Assembly: GCA_964460695.1 (NCBI GenBank)
Contig: CAYWSC010000001.1
Location: forward strand, 1 to 34,960
Source of the DNA: Candidatus Hadarchaeota archaeon
GTDB taxonomy: Archaea > CAYQAE01 > CAYVLA01
DNA: 34,960 bases
Direction: 5' to 3'
Part shown: positions 8,972 to 17,323 of the stretch, piece by piece
Layout: each line of letters begins with the position of its first letter
Position numbering within the stretch: position 1 is the first letter of the stretch
Translations under genes and position numbers: made by a program
Notes under the pieces: generated by a model
What the model was told of the DNA's origin: nothing
Databases searched by the model: none
The model's input: only the letters and a program-made list of their open reading frames with translations

Positions 8972-9859
8972 ATGAAGGTCGAACGGAGACTGATCGGAGT
9001 TCTGATCATCTCGCTCATAGTTGGAACTCTCATCTCTATGTACATGATCAGGGAGAAAATAGAGACGCCTGTGAGTCTGATCGACGAGTCCTACCCTCGT
9101 AGGGCCCTCTCGGGTACATCCGACCTTGATCAGGACAAGTATTCCGTGGCCTTCATCTGCCGCGAGGACCTGACTGAGGTGGCAGTGCACTTCGCGTCTC
9201 TAATCGAGGTCGAGCCCATCTTCAGTGGGTCAACGGGCAAGGTACAAGACCTGGAGAAGGCAGGGGAGCAGGTTGCGCAGATAAGCAACCAGCTTTCGTT
9301 GCTGAGGAAGGCGGGTTACGAACCGCAGGTCTTGGTAACCCAGGTCGAGATCGATGGAAGGAGGGAGACGGCTGTAGTCTACGATTTCAGCTCGCAGCTC
9401 AGCGCAGTGCTGCCTCCCGTCGGCTCTTCCCACTACCGGAGTATCTACGTCTTGCTAGTCAACAAGTCCAAGATGATCGACAGGCTATTCGAAGGGGTGC
9501 CCGACTTCTTCTTCATGAAGGACTTCTCGCTGCAGTCACTCGAGATTACGCTAAATGCGAACAAGACCGTCTATATGAAAGCAAAGGAGAAGGGGCAGCG
9601 TGAAGAGGGAACCCTGCCAATCTCCCAGGTCCCGGCCTACGGTACCGTGCTTTTTCGGAATCTGAAGCGAAACGACCGCGTCTCCATCGTATACAGGATA
9701 ATGTCCAGGCATGAACAGTACCCAGTGCTCTTCAGGAAGCAGCTTTCAAAGTCCAGATACGTCATCCACATGGTGAAGTTCCAGATAGACGGAGAGCTGG
9801 CCGAGGATAAGCTCCAGGTTCACGTAATGGACAATGGCGGGTATCAGGAGGAGACCTAA
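8972..9859 (+). CDS. Family X member X1: N-terminal TM anchor plus a domain of about 260 aa with no motif I recognise
   Basis: ATG 8972 is preceded by GGGAGGA. N-terminus MKVERRLIGVLIISLIVGTLI. Colinear with X2 (LPISQVPAYGTVLFRNLKRNDRVSIVY vs LPLSQAPSGVLTFRKVEKDDVVNVVF; IHMVKFQIDGE vs IAMIQMVKIYVDAK). The stop lies 1 nt before the Y1 start. Confidence 0.85.
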   Translation: MKVERRLIGVLIISLIVGTLISMYMIREKIETPVSLIDESYPRRALSGTSDLDQDKYSVAFICREDLTEVAVHFASLIEVEPIFSGSTGKVQDLEKAGEQVAQISNQLSLLRKAGYEPQVLVTQVEIDGRRETAVVYDFSSQLSAVLPPVGSSHYRSIYVLLVNKSKMIDRLFEGVPDFFFMKDFSLQSLEITLNANKTVYMKAKEKGQREEGTLPISQVPAYGTVLFRNLKRNDRVSIVYRIMSRHEQYPVLFRKQLSKSRYVIHMVKFQIDGELAEDKLQVHVMDNGGYQEET

Positions 9860-9860
9860 G

Positions 9861-10940
9861 GTGAAGAGGGTTTCTCTTGTCGTCGCATCGCTGGCCTTCA
9901 TTCTCCTTGGAAGCGTCACGGTGGGGGTGGCCGACGAGCCGGGGATAGTTCCAATCCTCTGCCAAAATGCGTATCATCCAATGACTGGTGAAGGGTCGAC
10001 CTTCGACAGATACGCAGCGGCACTTGCAGACATAATCAGGAACGACACTTCCCTCAACCTGGTCCCTGTGGTTGTCCACTCCTTGGGAGAGTTCGCTGAG
10101 TACCTCGGATATCCCCAGACCTACGCAGGTGTGCTATCGTTGTTCGAGGAGAAGATTCCAGAGCAGATGGACACCTCCAAGTTCTACTCTAGGACCCCCG
10201 AGGACCTGGAGAAGGCTATCTACGAGCTGTTCCGTTCAGGAGTCGGGCTCGTTGGGATGAATGACGTCGCCTTCTGCAGAAACCTATCCAAGACCGTGTT
10301 CCCTGTATTTGCCAACAGGTCCACGCCGGGGCAGATCGGGATAGTGGGCGGGAAACTCCAGATGGGACACTACTATCTCGTCGCGGATCCGACGCACCCC
10401 GTCGCGAATGGGCTCCCGGAGAAGGTGTTCTTTACGGACGTTATGATGAACTGGTGCTACACGACCGGAAAGGGAGGGGTGGAGGAGCCGCCAAAGCCTG
10501 CAGAGGGTGAAGTGACATTCGTTTACAAGACGAAGGTGAAGGGCAGTCCGTACAAGGATGGAATGGTCCCGGCTGTGATCGCGTATGAGAATGGGGGGCG
10601 CTCTGTGACCCTTCCTGCATTCGGCGTTACTGAGAGAGGCGGGCCAGATGATTATCGCGCAGTGATCAGCGACCCGAACTTCCAGACGCTCTTCAAGAAC
10701 TCTCTCAAGTGGGTTGCGGAGAGAGGCAAGGCTTCCTACCAGGGTCGGCTGGAGGAGTTCAAGTCCAGGATAGATGCGTCGCAGGAGGAGAAGCTTAGGC
10801 TGAGAGAGGAGGCAGACAAGTGGAAGAAGAAGGCTTCCCTAAGGAGGACAACGAAGCTGGCCGTGTTTACAATACTGGGCATTGTCGCAATCGTGGCTGT
10901 GTACAAGCTGACCTTCAAAGCAGAGGTCGAAGAAGAGTAG
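9861..10940 (+). CDS. Family Y member Y1: signal peptide/anchor, ThuA-like (class I GATase-like) domain, coiled coil, C-terminal hydrophobic helix, acidic end
   Basis: GTG 9861 is preferred over ATG 9834: AGGAGGA lies about 10 nt upstream, and both Y paralogs then start M-K-R. ThuA-like order of blocks: FRSGVGLVGMNDVAF, DPTHPVANGLPEKVFFTDVMMNW, PAVIAYENGGRSVTLPAFG, DPNFQTLFKNSLKWVAE. The tail is KKKASLRRTTK, then LAVFTILGIVAIVAVY, then KLTFKAEVEEE. Confidence 0.85.
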   Translation: MKRVSLVVASLAFILLGSVTVGVADEPGIVPILCQNAYHPMTGEGSTFDRYAAALADIIRNDTSLNLVPVVVHSLGEFAEYLGYPQTYAGVLSLFEEKIPEQMDTSKFYSRTPEDLEKAIYELFRSGVGLVGMNDVAFCRNLSKTVFPVFANRSTPGQIGIVGGKLQMGHYYLVADPTHPVANGLPEKVFFTDVMMNWCYTTGKGGVEEPPKPAEGEVTFVYKTKVKGSPYKDGMVPAVIAYENGGRSVTLPAFGVTERGGPDDYRAVISDPNFQTLFKNSLKWVAERGKASYQGRLEEFKSRIDASQEEKLRLREEADKWKKKASLRRTTKLAVFTILGIVAIVAVYKLTFKAEVEEE

Positions 10941-12133
10941 GGTTTCTACTGCTGGCGGGCGTCCTCCTGTCGCTGCTCGCGGTTACCTGTCAGGAACAGG
11001 TGTGGGCCAACTTCGGTCAGGACGACGGGCTCCCGTCCAGCGATGTCTACAGCATCGCAGCTCTAGAGAAAGATGTTTGGGCAGGGCTCGACGGGTCCGT
11101 GGCAAGATTTGTCGAATCGAATCAATCATGGGTCGCGCTGTTCCCACCTGGATTGGCGGCGAGGGTCACTAGCATTGCAATAGGCAAGGGAGAGGTGTGG
11201 TTCGGCACCTTCGGCAGCGGCATCTTCCGCTACCAAGATGGCGAATGGACCTCCTACACCAAGCGAGACGGATTGGCTGACGACAGGGTGGAGGACATCG
11301 CCATAGATGGCAGCTACCTATACGCTGCAACAGTTGCCGGGGCTAGCCGGCTGCCTCTTTCCGCTCAACCAGCTAGGTTTCAGACGGTAAGAAAAACTGA
11401 CGGGCTCCCTGACGAGGGGTTGTCGTCTGTATGCGTCCTGGGCGATATGGTGTGGTTCGGGAGCAGGGCGCACGGTGTCTTGGGGCTGGACGCTAGCAGC
11501 TTCTCGTACAAGAAACAGGTATCGATCGAGCAAGGCCTCTCAGACAGCAGGGTGCTCTCTCTAGCCTCAGACGGACAATACCTGTGGGTCGGAACGGGTG
11601 CCGGTGGAGTGTGTAGGTACGATCCAGCGGAGGAGTCCATCGTGGTCTACAACAAGTCAACAGGCCTTGCCGACAACTTGGTAGGATCGGTCGCAACGGA
11701 CTCCTCGGTATGGTGTGGAAGCTGGGGCTCGGGTGTCACAGCTCTTGACAAGGACGGAACGACGACGATTTACGATCGGTCGAAAGGGCTCGCAGACAAC
11801 GACGTTAGGGATATAGCGGTCGGTCAAAGAGAGGTGTGGTTTGCCACTGCAGGCGGAGTCTCACGCTTCACGGGCAAAGTTGCGGCAGGGAGAGGCGGCG
11901 TACCCGTAATATACGTCGTGGTTGGCGTCATCGTCATCGGGGCCATAGCCGTACCTTTGCTGCTCAGAGGGAGGTCGCATGCCGAGAAGACGGGGGTAAA
12001 GAAGAAGAAAATGCCCTACGAGCTTTGTGGTGGCGAACCCGCGGAGAATCTGTGCCCGTTCTGCAGGTACAATGTGGTCAGAGCCGGGAAGCATTACTGC
12101 TCGAGATACCGGGTCTCGATCCCCTTCGAGTAA
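10820..12133 (+). CDS. Single-pass membrane protein with an extracytoplasmic 7-blade Reg_prop-type (two-component-regulator propeller) domain and a Cys-rich cytoplasmic tail
   Basis: Seven repeats of the form GL[AP]D..V..IA.D...[VL]W.G[TS]..G[VI]..[FYL]. TM helix VPVIYVVVGVIVIGAIAVPLLL. The tail carries four Cys (C-x8-C-x2-C-x11-C). The start is uncertain: ATG 10820 is the only canonical start upstream of the signal sequence (RGRRRVGFLLLAGVLLSLLAV), and it overlaps Y1 by 121 nt. Confidence 0.75.
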   Translation: MEEEGFPKEDNEAGRVYNTGHCRNRGCVQADLQSRGRRRVGFLLLAGVLLSLLAVTCQEQVWANFGQDDGLPSSDVYSIAALEKDVWAGLDGSVARFVESNQSWVALFPPGLAARVTSIAIGKGEVWFGTFGSGIFRYQDGEWTSYTKRDGLADDRVEDIAIDGSYLYAATVAGASRLPLSAQPARFQTVRKTDGLPDEGLSSVCVLGDMVWFGSRAHGVLGLDASSFSYKKQVSIEQGLSDSRVLSLASDGQYLWVGTGAGGVCRYDPAEESIVVYNKSTGLADNLVGSVATDSSVWCGSWGSGVTALDKDGTTTIYDRSKGLADNDVRDIAVGQREVWFATAGGVSRFTGKVAAGRGGVPVIYVVVGVIVIGAIAVPLLLRGRSHAEKTGVKKKKMPYELCGGEPAENLCPFCRYNVVRAGKHYCSRYRVSIPFE

Positions 12134-12315
12134 GCCCGTAGATAGGGACGGGACGGCGAGCCGTCAGGCAGAGCTGCCAGGGGTTTTGGAGTTGCAGGAA
12201 GAGCCAAATACGGCGACCACTCACCAGTCACCTCCCATGTGGTTACCCCAATGGTCTTGCAGCAAGCATCGGGCAGCTGTCGCGGTGAGGATGTTTCGCG
12301 GGATGCTGGATGCAA

Positions 12316-12324
12316 CTTTTATGT
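12316..12324 (+). promoter_or_regulatory. TATA-like box (CTTTTATGT) about 28 nt upstream of ATG 12348
   Basis: Same spacing as the boxes for F1, F2 and 1612. Supports 12348 rather than 12027 as the F3 start. Confidence 0.45.
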
Positions 12325-12347
12325 CCGACGCTTTCCACGTGCTGGCC

Positions 12348-13565
12348 ATGAGAGGGAAGCTCTTGGCCGTGCTGCTCTTGATCGGCTTCTCGATGGCTTG
12401 CGGCATGTGCAAGAGCGATCCGGCAACGGGCAAGGTTCGGGTGATGTTCGTTGGGGAGGTAAGCTCCTACAACAGGATGGTTCTGGACTGGCTAATGGCT
12501 GAGCCGAGGATCCAGCTAACCAGAACTGTTCCGTGCGACATCCAGATCGTCGGGTATAAAGACGCCGTGCGGTTTGCGAGAATATATCTCCCGCGCAGCT
12601 ACAAGGGCCTCTTCGAGGACAACGACGTGGCGATCTTCCACGACTTCCACCCCAAGGTGCTTCCCAGGGGATCCATAGATTGGTTCGGACGGGCGGTGGA
12701 GAACGGCTTCGGCCTATGCCTCATAGAGTTCGCCTATAGGGTCGCCGGGTACGCCGGAATGGATGTGTGGCCAACGCTCCAGATATACAAGCTCTTCCCG
12801 GGAGAATTTGTAATAAATCAGATAGAGGCGATTTACGGACGGCAGTACTATAGGGTTGTCAAGGAGGGACCCCTCCTAGGTCTCCCAGGAATCGAGAAGT
12901 ACAGGATGAACTGGGGGTGGCACGGTGACCTTAAGCCGAGGCCGGGAACAGTAGTCTGGGCCGTGTGGAAAGGCAGGGGGACACCTGCAATTGTGACTGG
13001 TACGTATGGCCAGGGGAAGGTCCTTCAGATGGATTCTGGCTACGACACCCTGCCGCAGGAAACCAAACGAGCATGGCCCTATGTGGCTGACTTCGTTTAC
13101 AATCACGTGACCTTCGTGTCTGGGCTCCCGTTTCCGGACGATATCGAACTCACTCACACCACTCGGAGAAAATTCATACGGTATAGAGATGAAAAGGCCA
13201 TGGCGAATATGGTCCTGGAGTTCATCGAGAAGTTTGGTGCCAATCCGAGGCCTTTCGAAGTGGAGATGGCGGACATGGCGTCTGAATACTCGAAGGCGGA
13301 GCGGCTGTATATCGACGGGGATGTCGAAGAGGCAAACGCGGCGATCGACGATCTCCTGGACCGCTTCGTATCGCTGAGCAATGAGATGACGAAGGCCAAG
13401 GACAGGGCAATGCTGTGGATATACGTCTCTGAATGGCTTGCTGTCAGCGGGACATCCATGGTATGCGGGTTTGTCCTCTGGTCGCTGATGGTGAGAAAAA
13501 GGCTGTACAGGGAGGTCGAGATAACGAGGGCCTCCGGAGTGGTCAAGAAGGAATGGGGCAAGTGA
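12348..13565 (+). CDS. Family F member F3 (subtype with F1)
   Basis: Start chosen at MRGKLLAVLLLIGFSMACGMCKSDPATGKVRVMFVGE, colinear with F1. Blocks RIYLPRSYKGL..DVAIFHD, LPGIEKYRMNWGWHG, LEFIEKFGANP, DRAMLWIYVSEWLAVSGTSMVCGFVLWSLMVRKRLYREVEITR. Confidence 0.88.
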   Translation: MRGKLLAVLLLIGFSMACGMCKSDPATGKVRVMFVGEVSSYNRMVLDWLMAEPRIQLTRTVPCDIQIVGYKDAVRFARIYLPRSYKGLFEDNDVAIFHDFHPKVLPRGSIDWFGRAVENGFGLCLIEFAYRVAGYAGMDVWPTLQIYKLFPGEFVINQIEAIYGRQYYRVVKEGPLLGLPGIEKYRMNWGWHGDLKPRPGTVVWAVWKGRGTPAIVTGTYGQGKVLQMDSGYDTLPQETKRAWPYVADFVYNHVTFVSGLPFPDDIELTHTTRRKFIRYRDEKAMANMVLEFIEKFGANPRPFEVEMADMASEYSKAERLYIDGDVEEANAAIDDLLDRFVSLSNEMTKAKDRAMLWIYVSEWLAVSGTSMVCGFVLWSLMVRKRLYREVEITRASGVVKKEWGK

Positions 13566-13598
13566 GATGGAGGAGCAAGCTGTAAGGCCGGAAGCCTT

Positions 13599-14828
13599 CT
13601 ATTGGTTTTCGTGGGTGAGTTTTGTGACTTCCACCTCTCTGTAGAGGCGTCTTCTCACCATGAGGGTCCAGAGTATGAATCCCGAGATGAACAGCGCTGA
13701 TGTTGTTATGAGCCACTCGATGATGTATATCCAGAGTAGCGCCCTATCTTTAACCTTCTGGGCGACGGCCTCTGCATTTGAGAACTCTTCAAGGCCCTTC
13801 TTCAGATCGCTGTAGGCCCCGGAAAAGTCCTGCTGGTCGACGTACTTCTTGGTCCCCTCGTTGTAGAGGTCTTCAAGATTGAGGATCTCGTCCTGAATCT
13901 TCTCGGTGTTCGCCCCGAACTTGTCTACAAAGTCCCTCAGGGATATGAGGGCGGAGAGCCTGGTCACGAACTCTGTTATGACCCCTTTGAGGCTGTGGAA
14001 GATGTCAACAGTGTCCCTGGTTATCAGGCCGCGGTGCGTTATCCAGAGGATCATGTTCATCAGAATGTCGGGGGAGTACTGGTTGCCGCTCCCCCCGAAG
14101 CTGGGGTAGCCGAGCCAGCCGTTTCCGAGGAAGTCCCCTGTAGTTATTGATCTTCCCTCTCCGTACTCCCAGGCTACTATGTAGCCGACCCTTCCCTTTC
14201 CCGGGAATCCTGTCTGCCAGGCAAGGGTCTCGGCGGCCTCCCTAGCTACCACAAGGCCGTGGGCCGAGTAGGCAGAGACCTTCTCAACGTCGTAGGGGAC
14301 AAACGGCGTGAGGATCGGGTACCTGGCTTGTTTGTTTATGAAGATGTTGAATGAGTTTGTCATCCTCCACTGCTGGCTTAGAACGGCGTCGACATCGTTG
14401 GGGAAGGCCTGCTGGGCAAGTGAGGCTGCCCAGGCGGTGTTGATATCGGTGACAATGCTGAAAAGGCTCCCATCGTTGATTCCTCCAGCCCCCTCCCTTA
14501 TCGCGTCGCGAATCCACCTATCCTGCGTATTGGTCAGGAGGTAGTATTCTGGGGAGGTGAGAAGTATTGCATCGTATTTCTTCATCTCTTCGTACGTCCT
14601 GGGGTAGTAGAGGCGGATCTGCTTCTTCATCGCATCCACTGTTTCAATACCCCTGGTTATCACCGGTTGATAGGTGATCAAAGGTTCGTTGTCGAAGAAC
14701 ATCCTCATGACCTGCATTATCGCGGCGTGGCCGACTATCAGCGCGTTTATCTTCTCCGCGCCGCACGGTCCAGCGACTATCAGGAGAATGATTAGAGATG
14801 GACCGAGGAGTCTTGAAGGAGGCCGCAT
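13599..14828 (-). CDS. Family F member F4 (subtype with F5)
   Basis: 409-aa ORF with signal peptide MRPPSRLLGPSLIILLIVAGPCGA. Blocks RLYYPRTYEEMKKYDAILLTSP, VAWEYGEGRSITTGD, RDFVDKFGANT, DRALLWIYIIEWLITTSALFISGFILWTLMVRRRLYREVEVTK. Confidence 0.9.
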   Translation of the reverse strand: MRPPSRLLGPSLIILLIVAGPCGAEKINALIVGHAAIMQVMRMFFDNEPLITYQPVITRGIETVDAMKKQIRLYYPRTYEEMKKYDAILLTSPEYYLLTNTQDRWIRDAIREGAGGINDGSLFSIVTDINTAWAASLAQQAFPNDVDAVLSQQWRMTNSFNIFINKQARYPILTPFVPYDVEKVSAYSAHGLVVAREAAETLAWQTGFPGKGRVGYIVAWEYGEGRSITTGDFLGNGWLGYPSFGGSGNQYSPDILMNMILWITHRGLITRDTVDIFHSLKGVITEFVTRLSALISLRDFVDKFGANTEKIQDEILNLEDLYNEGTKKYVDQQDFSGAYSDLKKGLEEFSNAEAVAQKVKDRALLWIYIIEWLITTSALFISGFILWTLMVRRRLYREVEVTKLTHENQ

Positions 14829-14852
14829 GGCGCGGGGAAGGGGAAGGCAAAA

Positions 14853-14864
14853 CTAATATAAAAG
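14853..14864. promoter_or_regulatory. Shared, near-palindromic TATA element (CTAATATAAAAG / CTTTTATATTAG) in the 74-nt divergent F4 | X2 spacer
   Basis: Best TATA match in the window (TTTTATATTA on the minus strand). It is centred about 30 nt from the F4 ATG (14828) and about 45 nt from the X2 TTG (14903). X2 additionally has GGAGGG at 14890-14895. Confidence 0.55.
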
Positions 14865-14902
14865 ATTTGTGTGCTACCCGCAGCCGGCCGGAGGGTTGGT
14901 GG

Positions 14903-15754
14903 TTGGTCGGGAGGAGGGTTTTGGGTCTCGCAGCCGTGTCTATGATTCTTTCCTCTCTCATTGTTGCTTCAATAGCGAGGGAGAGAGTGGCTGAGCCCGT
15001 GGAGGTTCTGAAGAACGAGTTTCCAGAGGTCTCTCAGCCTGGCAGCGGCGCATTCTCATTTTCAGTCGTGTTCCGGAGGAGCGTTGAAGAGGCGCAATTG
15101 AGGTTCTATGCCCTCTACTCAGCCGTGTATCCGGCGGTCGAGCTTGTAGACCCGGACAGGGTGTTCAACGAGACCAGCTCGCCCAAGGATATGATCATGA
15201 ATGTGAAGGCCTTCAAGTGGTTTTCCGAGAAGGCGTCAGCCATAGGTCTTCTACCCGAGGACGTTGAGGCCAATGTGAAGATTGGCGGCGAGGAGTATAA
15301 GCTTCTGCTGCATGACTATTCTAGAGTTCTAGAGGCGGTGTGTGGGAACGAGACCACAGCCAGCGTTTCACCAGTTTTTGGATGCGTGATGAACAGGTCG
15401 GGCGCTGGCTACTATCTTGTCGGCGGCCCGGGGTTCTTCCGGGCTGCCAATGCAACACTGCTTGGGCTAGCAATCTCGGCGGGAGGGGCGGAGCACCGAT
15501 ATGTACCGGACGACCAGGTCAAGGCTGGGTCGGGGGAGCTCCCGCTCTCACAGGCCCCGAGCGGCGTTTTGACGTTTAGAAAGGTGGAGAAGGACGATGT
15601 TGTGAATGTTGTTTTCTCCGTACGGGGTGGTGCATTGCCCCGGCCTATGAAGACGCCGATCGCGATGATCCAGATGGTAAAGATCTACGTGGACGCCAAA
15701 ATCATGGGAGAGCCGATACTGAACATCATCAAGTCAGGAGGGTGGCGGGCGTGA
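14903..15754 (+). CDS. Family X member X2
   Basis: TTG 14903 is chosen because GGAGGG lies 7 nt upstream and the N-terminus (M)VGRRVLGLAAVSMILSSLIVASI parallels X1 MKVERRLIGVLIISLIVGTLI. The tracked ORF start at 14798 would overlap the F4 start and the TATA box. The stop TGA overlaps the Y2 GTG (GTGA). Confidence 0.8.
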   Translation: MVGRRVLGLAAVSMILSSLIVASIARERVAEPVEVLKNEFPEVSQPGSGAFSFSVVFRRSVEEAQLRFYALYSAVYPAVELVDPDRVFNETSSPKDMIMNVKAFKWFSEKASAIGLLPEDVEANVKIGGEEYKLLLHDYSRVLEAVCGNETTASVSPVFGCVMNRSGAGYYLVGGPGFFRAANATLLGLAISAGGAEHRYVPDDQVKAGSGELPLSQAPSGVLTFRKVEKDDVVNVVFSVRGGALPRPMKTPIAMIQMVKIYVDAKIMGEPILNIIKSGGWRA

Positions 15755-16770
15755 AGCGCACAGCAAAGAAGAGGTGGCTTGCAGGAACCGTCAAACTACT
15801 CTTTGCGCTTCTTCTGGCTTTATCGACTCTGGTAGCCCAGTGCGGGGGAAGTCAGGACGTCAACGTCACCCCCATGATCTATCTCTACGCCCCTGGAGAC
15901 CGCACCTTTGCCGGCATGCTTGCCTCCTTGATTGGGAACGACACTAGGATCAGGCAGAGCGGGGCAAAAGTTGAGTTGCTGGACACCCAGAGCGAGGTGA
16001 TTTGGGCGACAGCCCTCCCAAACACGGCGTGCCTCGTTATATACTCGGACAATGCCAGGCAGCTAGAGGGGCTTGAGACACCTCTTCTCGCCTTCTTCAA
16101 GAACGGCGGTGGGCTGCTTGGCATCAGGGAGATCTGTTTCAAGCACAGAGGTTTGGAGCGGCTGGTCAGCGTCGTATTCCCGACCTTCGCCAACGGATCC
16201 ATCAAGCAGACGGGGACGGCCAAGAGAAGAGTTAGAACCTATGTGGCGGTCGAGCCCGGTGAGATTGGAGAGGAGCTTCCAGATAGATTTGACCTTGTGA
16301 GCATGGGTACCTACTATTGTGCTGATCAGGATGGAAACTATTTGCGGATTCCGAGCAACTACCAGGTTGCGTATATGGATGAGGAGATAGGCGCGCCTCT
16401 AGTTGTCGTTGCGGAGAGTGATCGTGGCGGACGATCGGTAGGGATGCCGGGAATCTGGGTCGTGAAGGCATCCAGAGTGGACATATACTACGGCAATCTG
16501 GTTTCCGATGAGAATTTCGTAAGGCTCTTCACCAACTCGGTCGTCTGGGCGATGGAGTCCTCTTGGTTCAGAGACAAGGGGCTGAATATGCACAGGAGGA
16601 TGGCGCAGATGATAGAGAAGGAGGAGACGCTGGCAAAGGACCTGGAGAGGATTGAGCGCACCAAGAAGGGCCGTAGAACCATCGTCCTGGCCGTGCTTTG
16701 GGTCATAGGCCTTGCGGCGTGCGCTGTTATTGCAAGGAACACGATCCTTGTGCCCCTCGAAGAGGAGTGA
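15751..16770 (+). CDS. Family Y member Y2 (ThuA-like, coiled coil, C-terminal helix, acidic end)
   Basis: GTG 15751 lies about 9 nt after CAGGAGGG. GTG 15742 is the alternative. Blocks FKNGGGLLGIREICF, VFPTFANGS, VVAESDRGGRSVGMPG, DENFVRLFTNSVVWAME. The tail is TKKGRRT, then IVLAVLWVIGLAACAVIA, then RNTILVPLEEE. Confidence 0.85.
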   Translation: MKRTAKKRWLAGTVKLLFALLLALSTLVAQCGGSQDVNVTPMIYLYAPGDRTFAGMLASLIGNDTRIRQSGAKVELLDTQSEVIWATALPNTACLVIYSDNARQLEGLETPLLAFFKNGGGLLGIREICFKHRGLERLVSVVFPTFANGSIKQTGTAKRRVRTYVAVEPGEIGEELPDRFDLVSMGTYYCADQDGNYLRIPSNYQVAYMDEEIGAPLVVVAESDRGGRSVGMPGIWVVKASRVDIYYGNLVSDENFVRLFTNSVVWAMESSWFRDKGLNMHRRMAQMIEKEETLAKDLERIERTKKGRRTIVLAVLWVIGLAACAVIARNTILVPLEEE

Positions 16771-16854
16771 GGCGGCATTGCGCCTATGGCAGTGTGGACA
16801 AACGACACGAGAATCCGTTGGGACAAATGTCGGGTGCTCGGGAGGTGTGATGTT

Positions 16855-17319
16855 ATGGCACCAAAGGCCTTGGTTGCATACTACTCGCGATCCGGCGGAA
16901 CCCAACTCATGGCAGAGGAGATAGCCGAGGGACTCCGTTCTCGCGGCATTGATGTCGATGTTAGGCGCATTGAAGATTGCAGGGTTAGGGACCTCAGGGC
17001 TGCTGATGTACTTGTGCTGGGCTCTCCGACTTATTTCAGCAATATGTCCTGGCAGGTGAAGCGCCTGGTAGACGAGTCGATAGAGCTATACACTTCAGGC
17101 GATCTCTCAGGAAAAGTGTTTGGCTGCTTCACCTCTGCAGGGACGAGGAGGGATGCCGAGGAATGTATAAAGATGCTCGAGCTAGCCTTCGGCTTCCACC
17201 ATCGAATGAGGTCGGTCCCGGGAATCTACGCCACGTCGGGGGAGTCCAGGGAGCAGATTCGAGAACGATGTAGGGAGTATGCTGGTCTGATAGCCAAGGC
17301 CCTATTAGAAGGGGGATGA
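16855..17319 (+). CDS. Flavodoxin-like fold protein (flavodoxin / WrbA-type FMN protein), cytoplasmic
   Basis: ATG 16855 follows GGAGGTG. N-terminal FMN-phosphate-loop-like ALVAYYSRSGGTQLMAEEIA, and VLVLGSPTYFSNMSWQVKRLVDES, typical of the flavodoxin-like fold. No signal peptide or TM segment. Confidence 0.75.
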   Translation: MAPKALVAYYSRSGGTQLMAEEIAEGLRSRGIDVDVRRIEDCRVRDLRAADVLVLGSPTYFSNMSWQVKRLVDESIELYTSGDLSGKVFGCFTSAGTRRDAEECIKMLELAFGFHHRMRSVPGIYATSGESREQIRERCREYAGLIAKALLEGG

Positions 17320-17323
17320 GAGG

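Noticed and set aside
12027-12347. 107-codon extension of the F3 ORF overlapping the end of the Reg_prop gene
   Set aside because: No similarity to other F N-termini. All paralogs begin with a short signal peptide directly before the D-P-x-T-G-K-[IV]-R block, and a TATA-like box sits 28 nt before ATG 12348.
13584-13598. Small hairpin (AAGGC-cggaa-GCCTT) in the 33-nt gap between convergent F3 and F4, considered as a bidirectional terminator
   Set aside because: The stem is only 5 bp and is followed by only T4. Archaeal termination does not require hairpins. The evidence is too weak to annotate.
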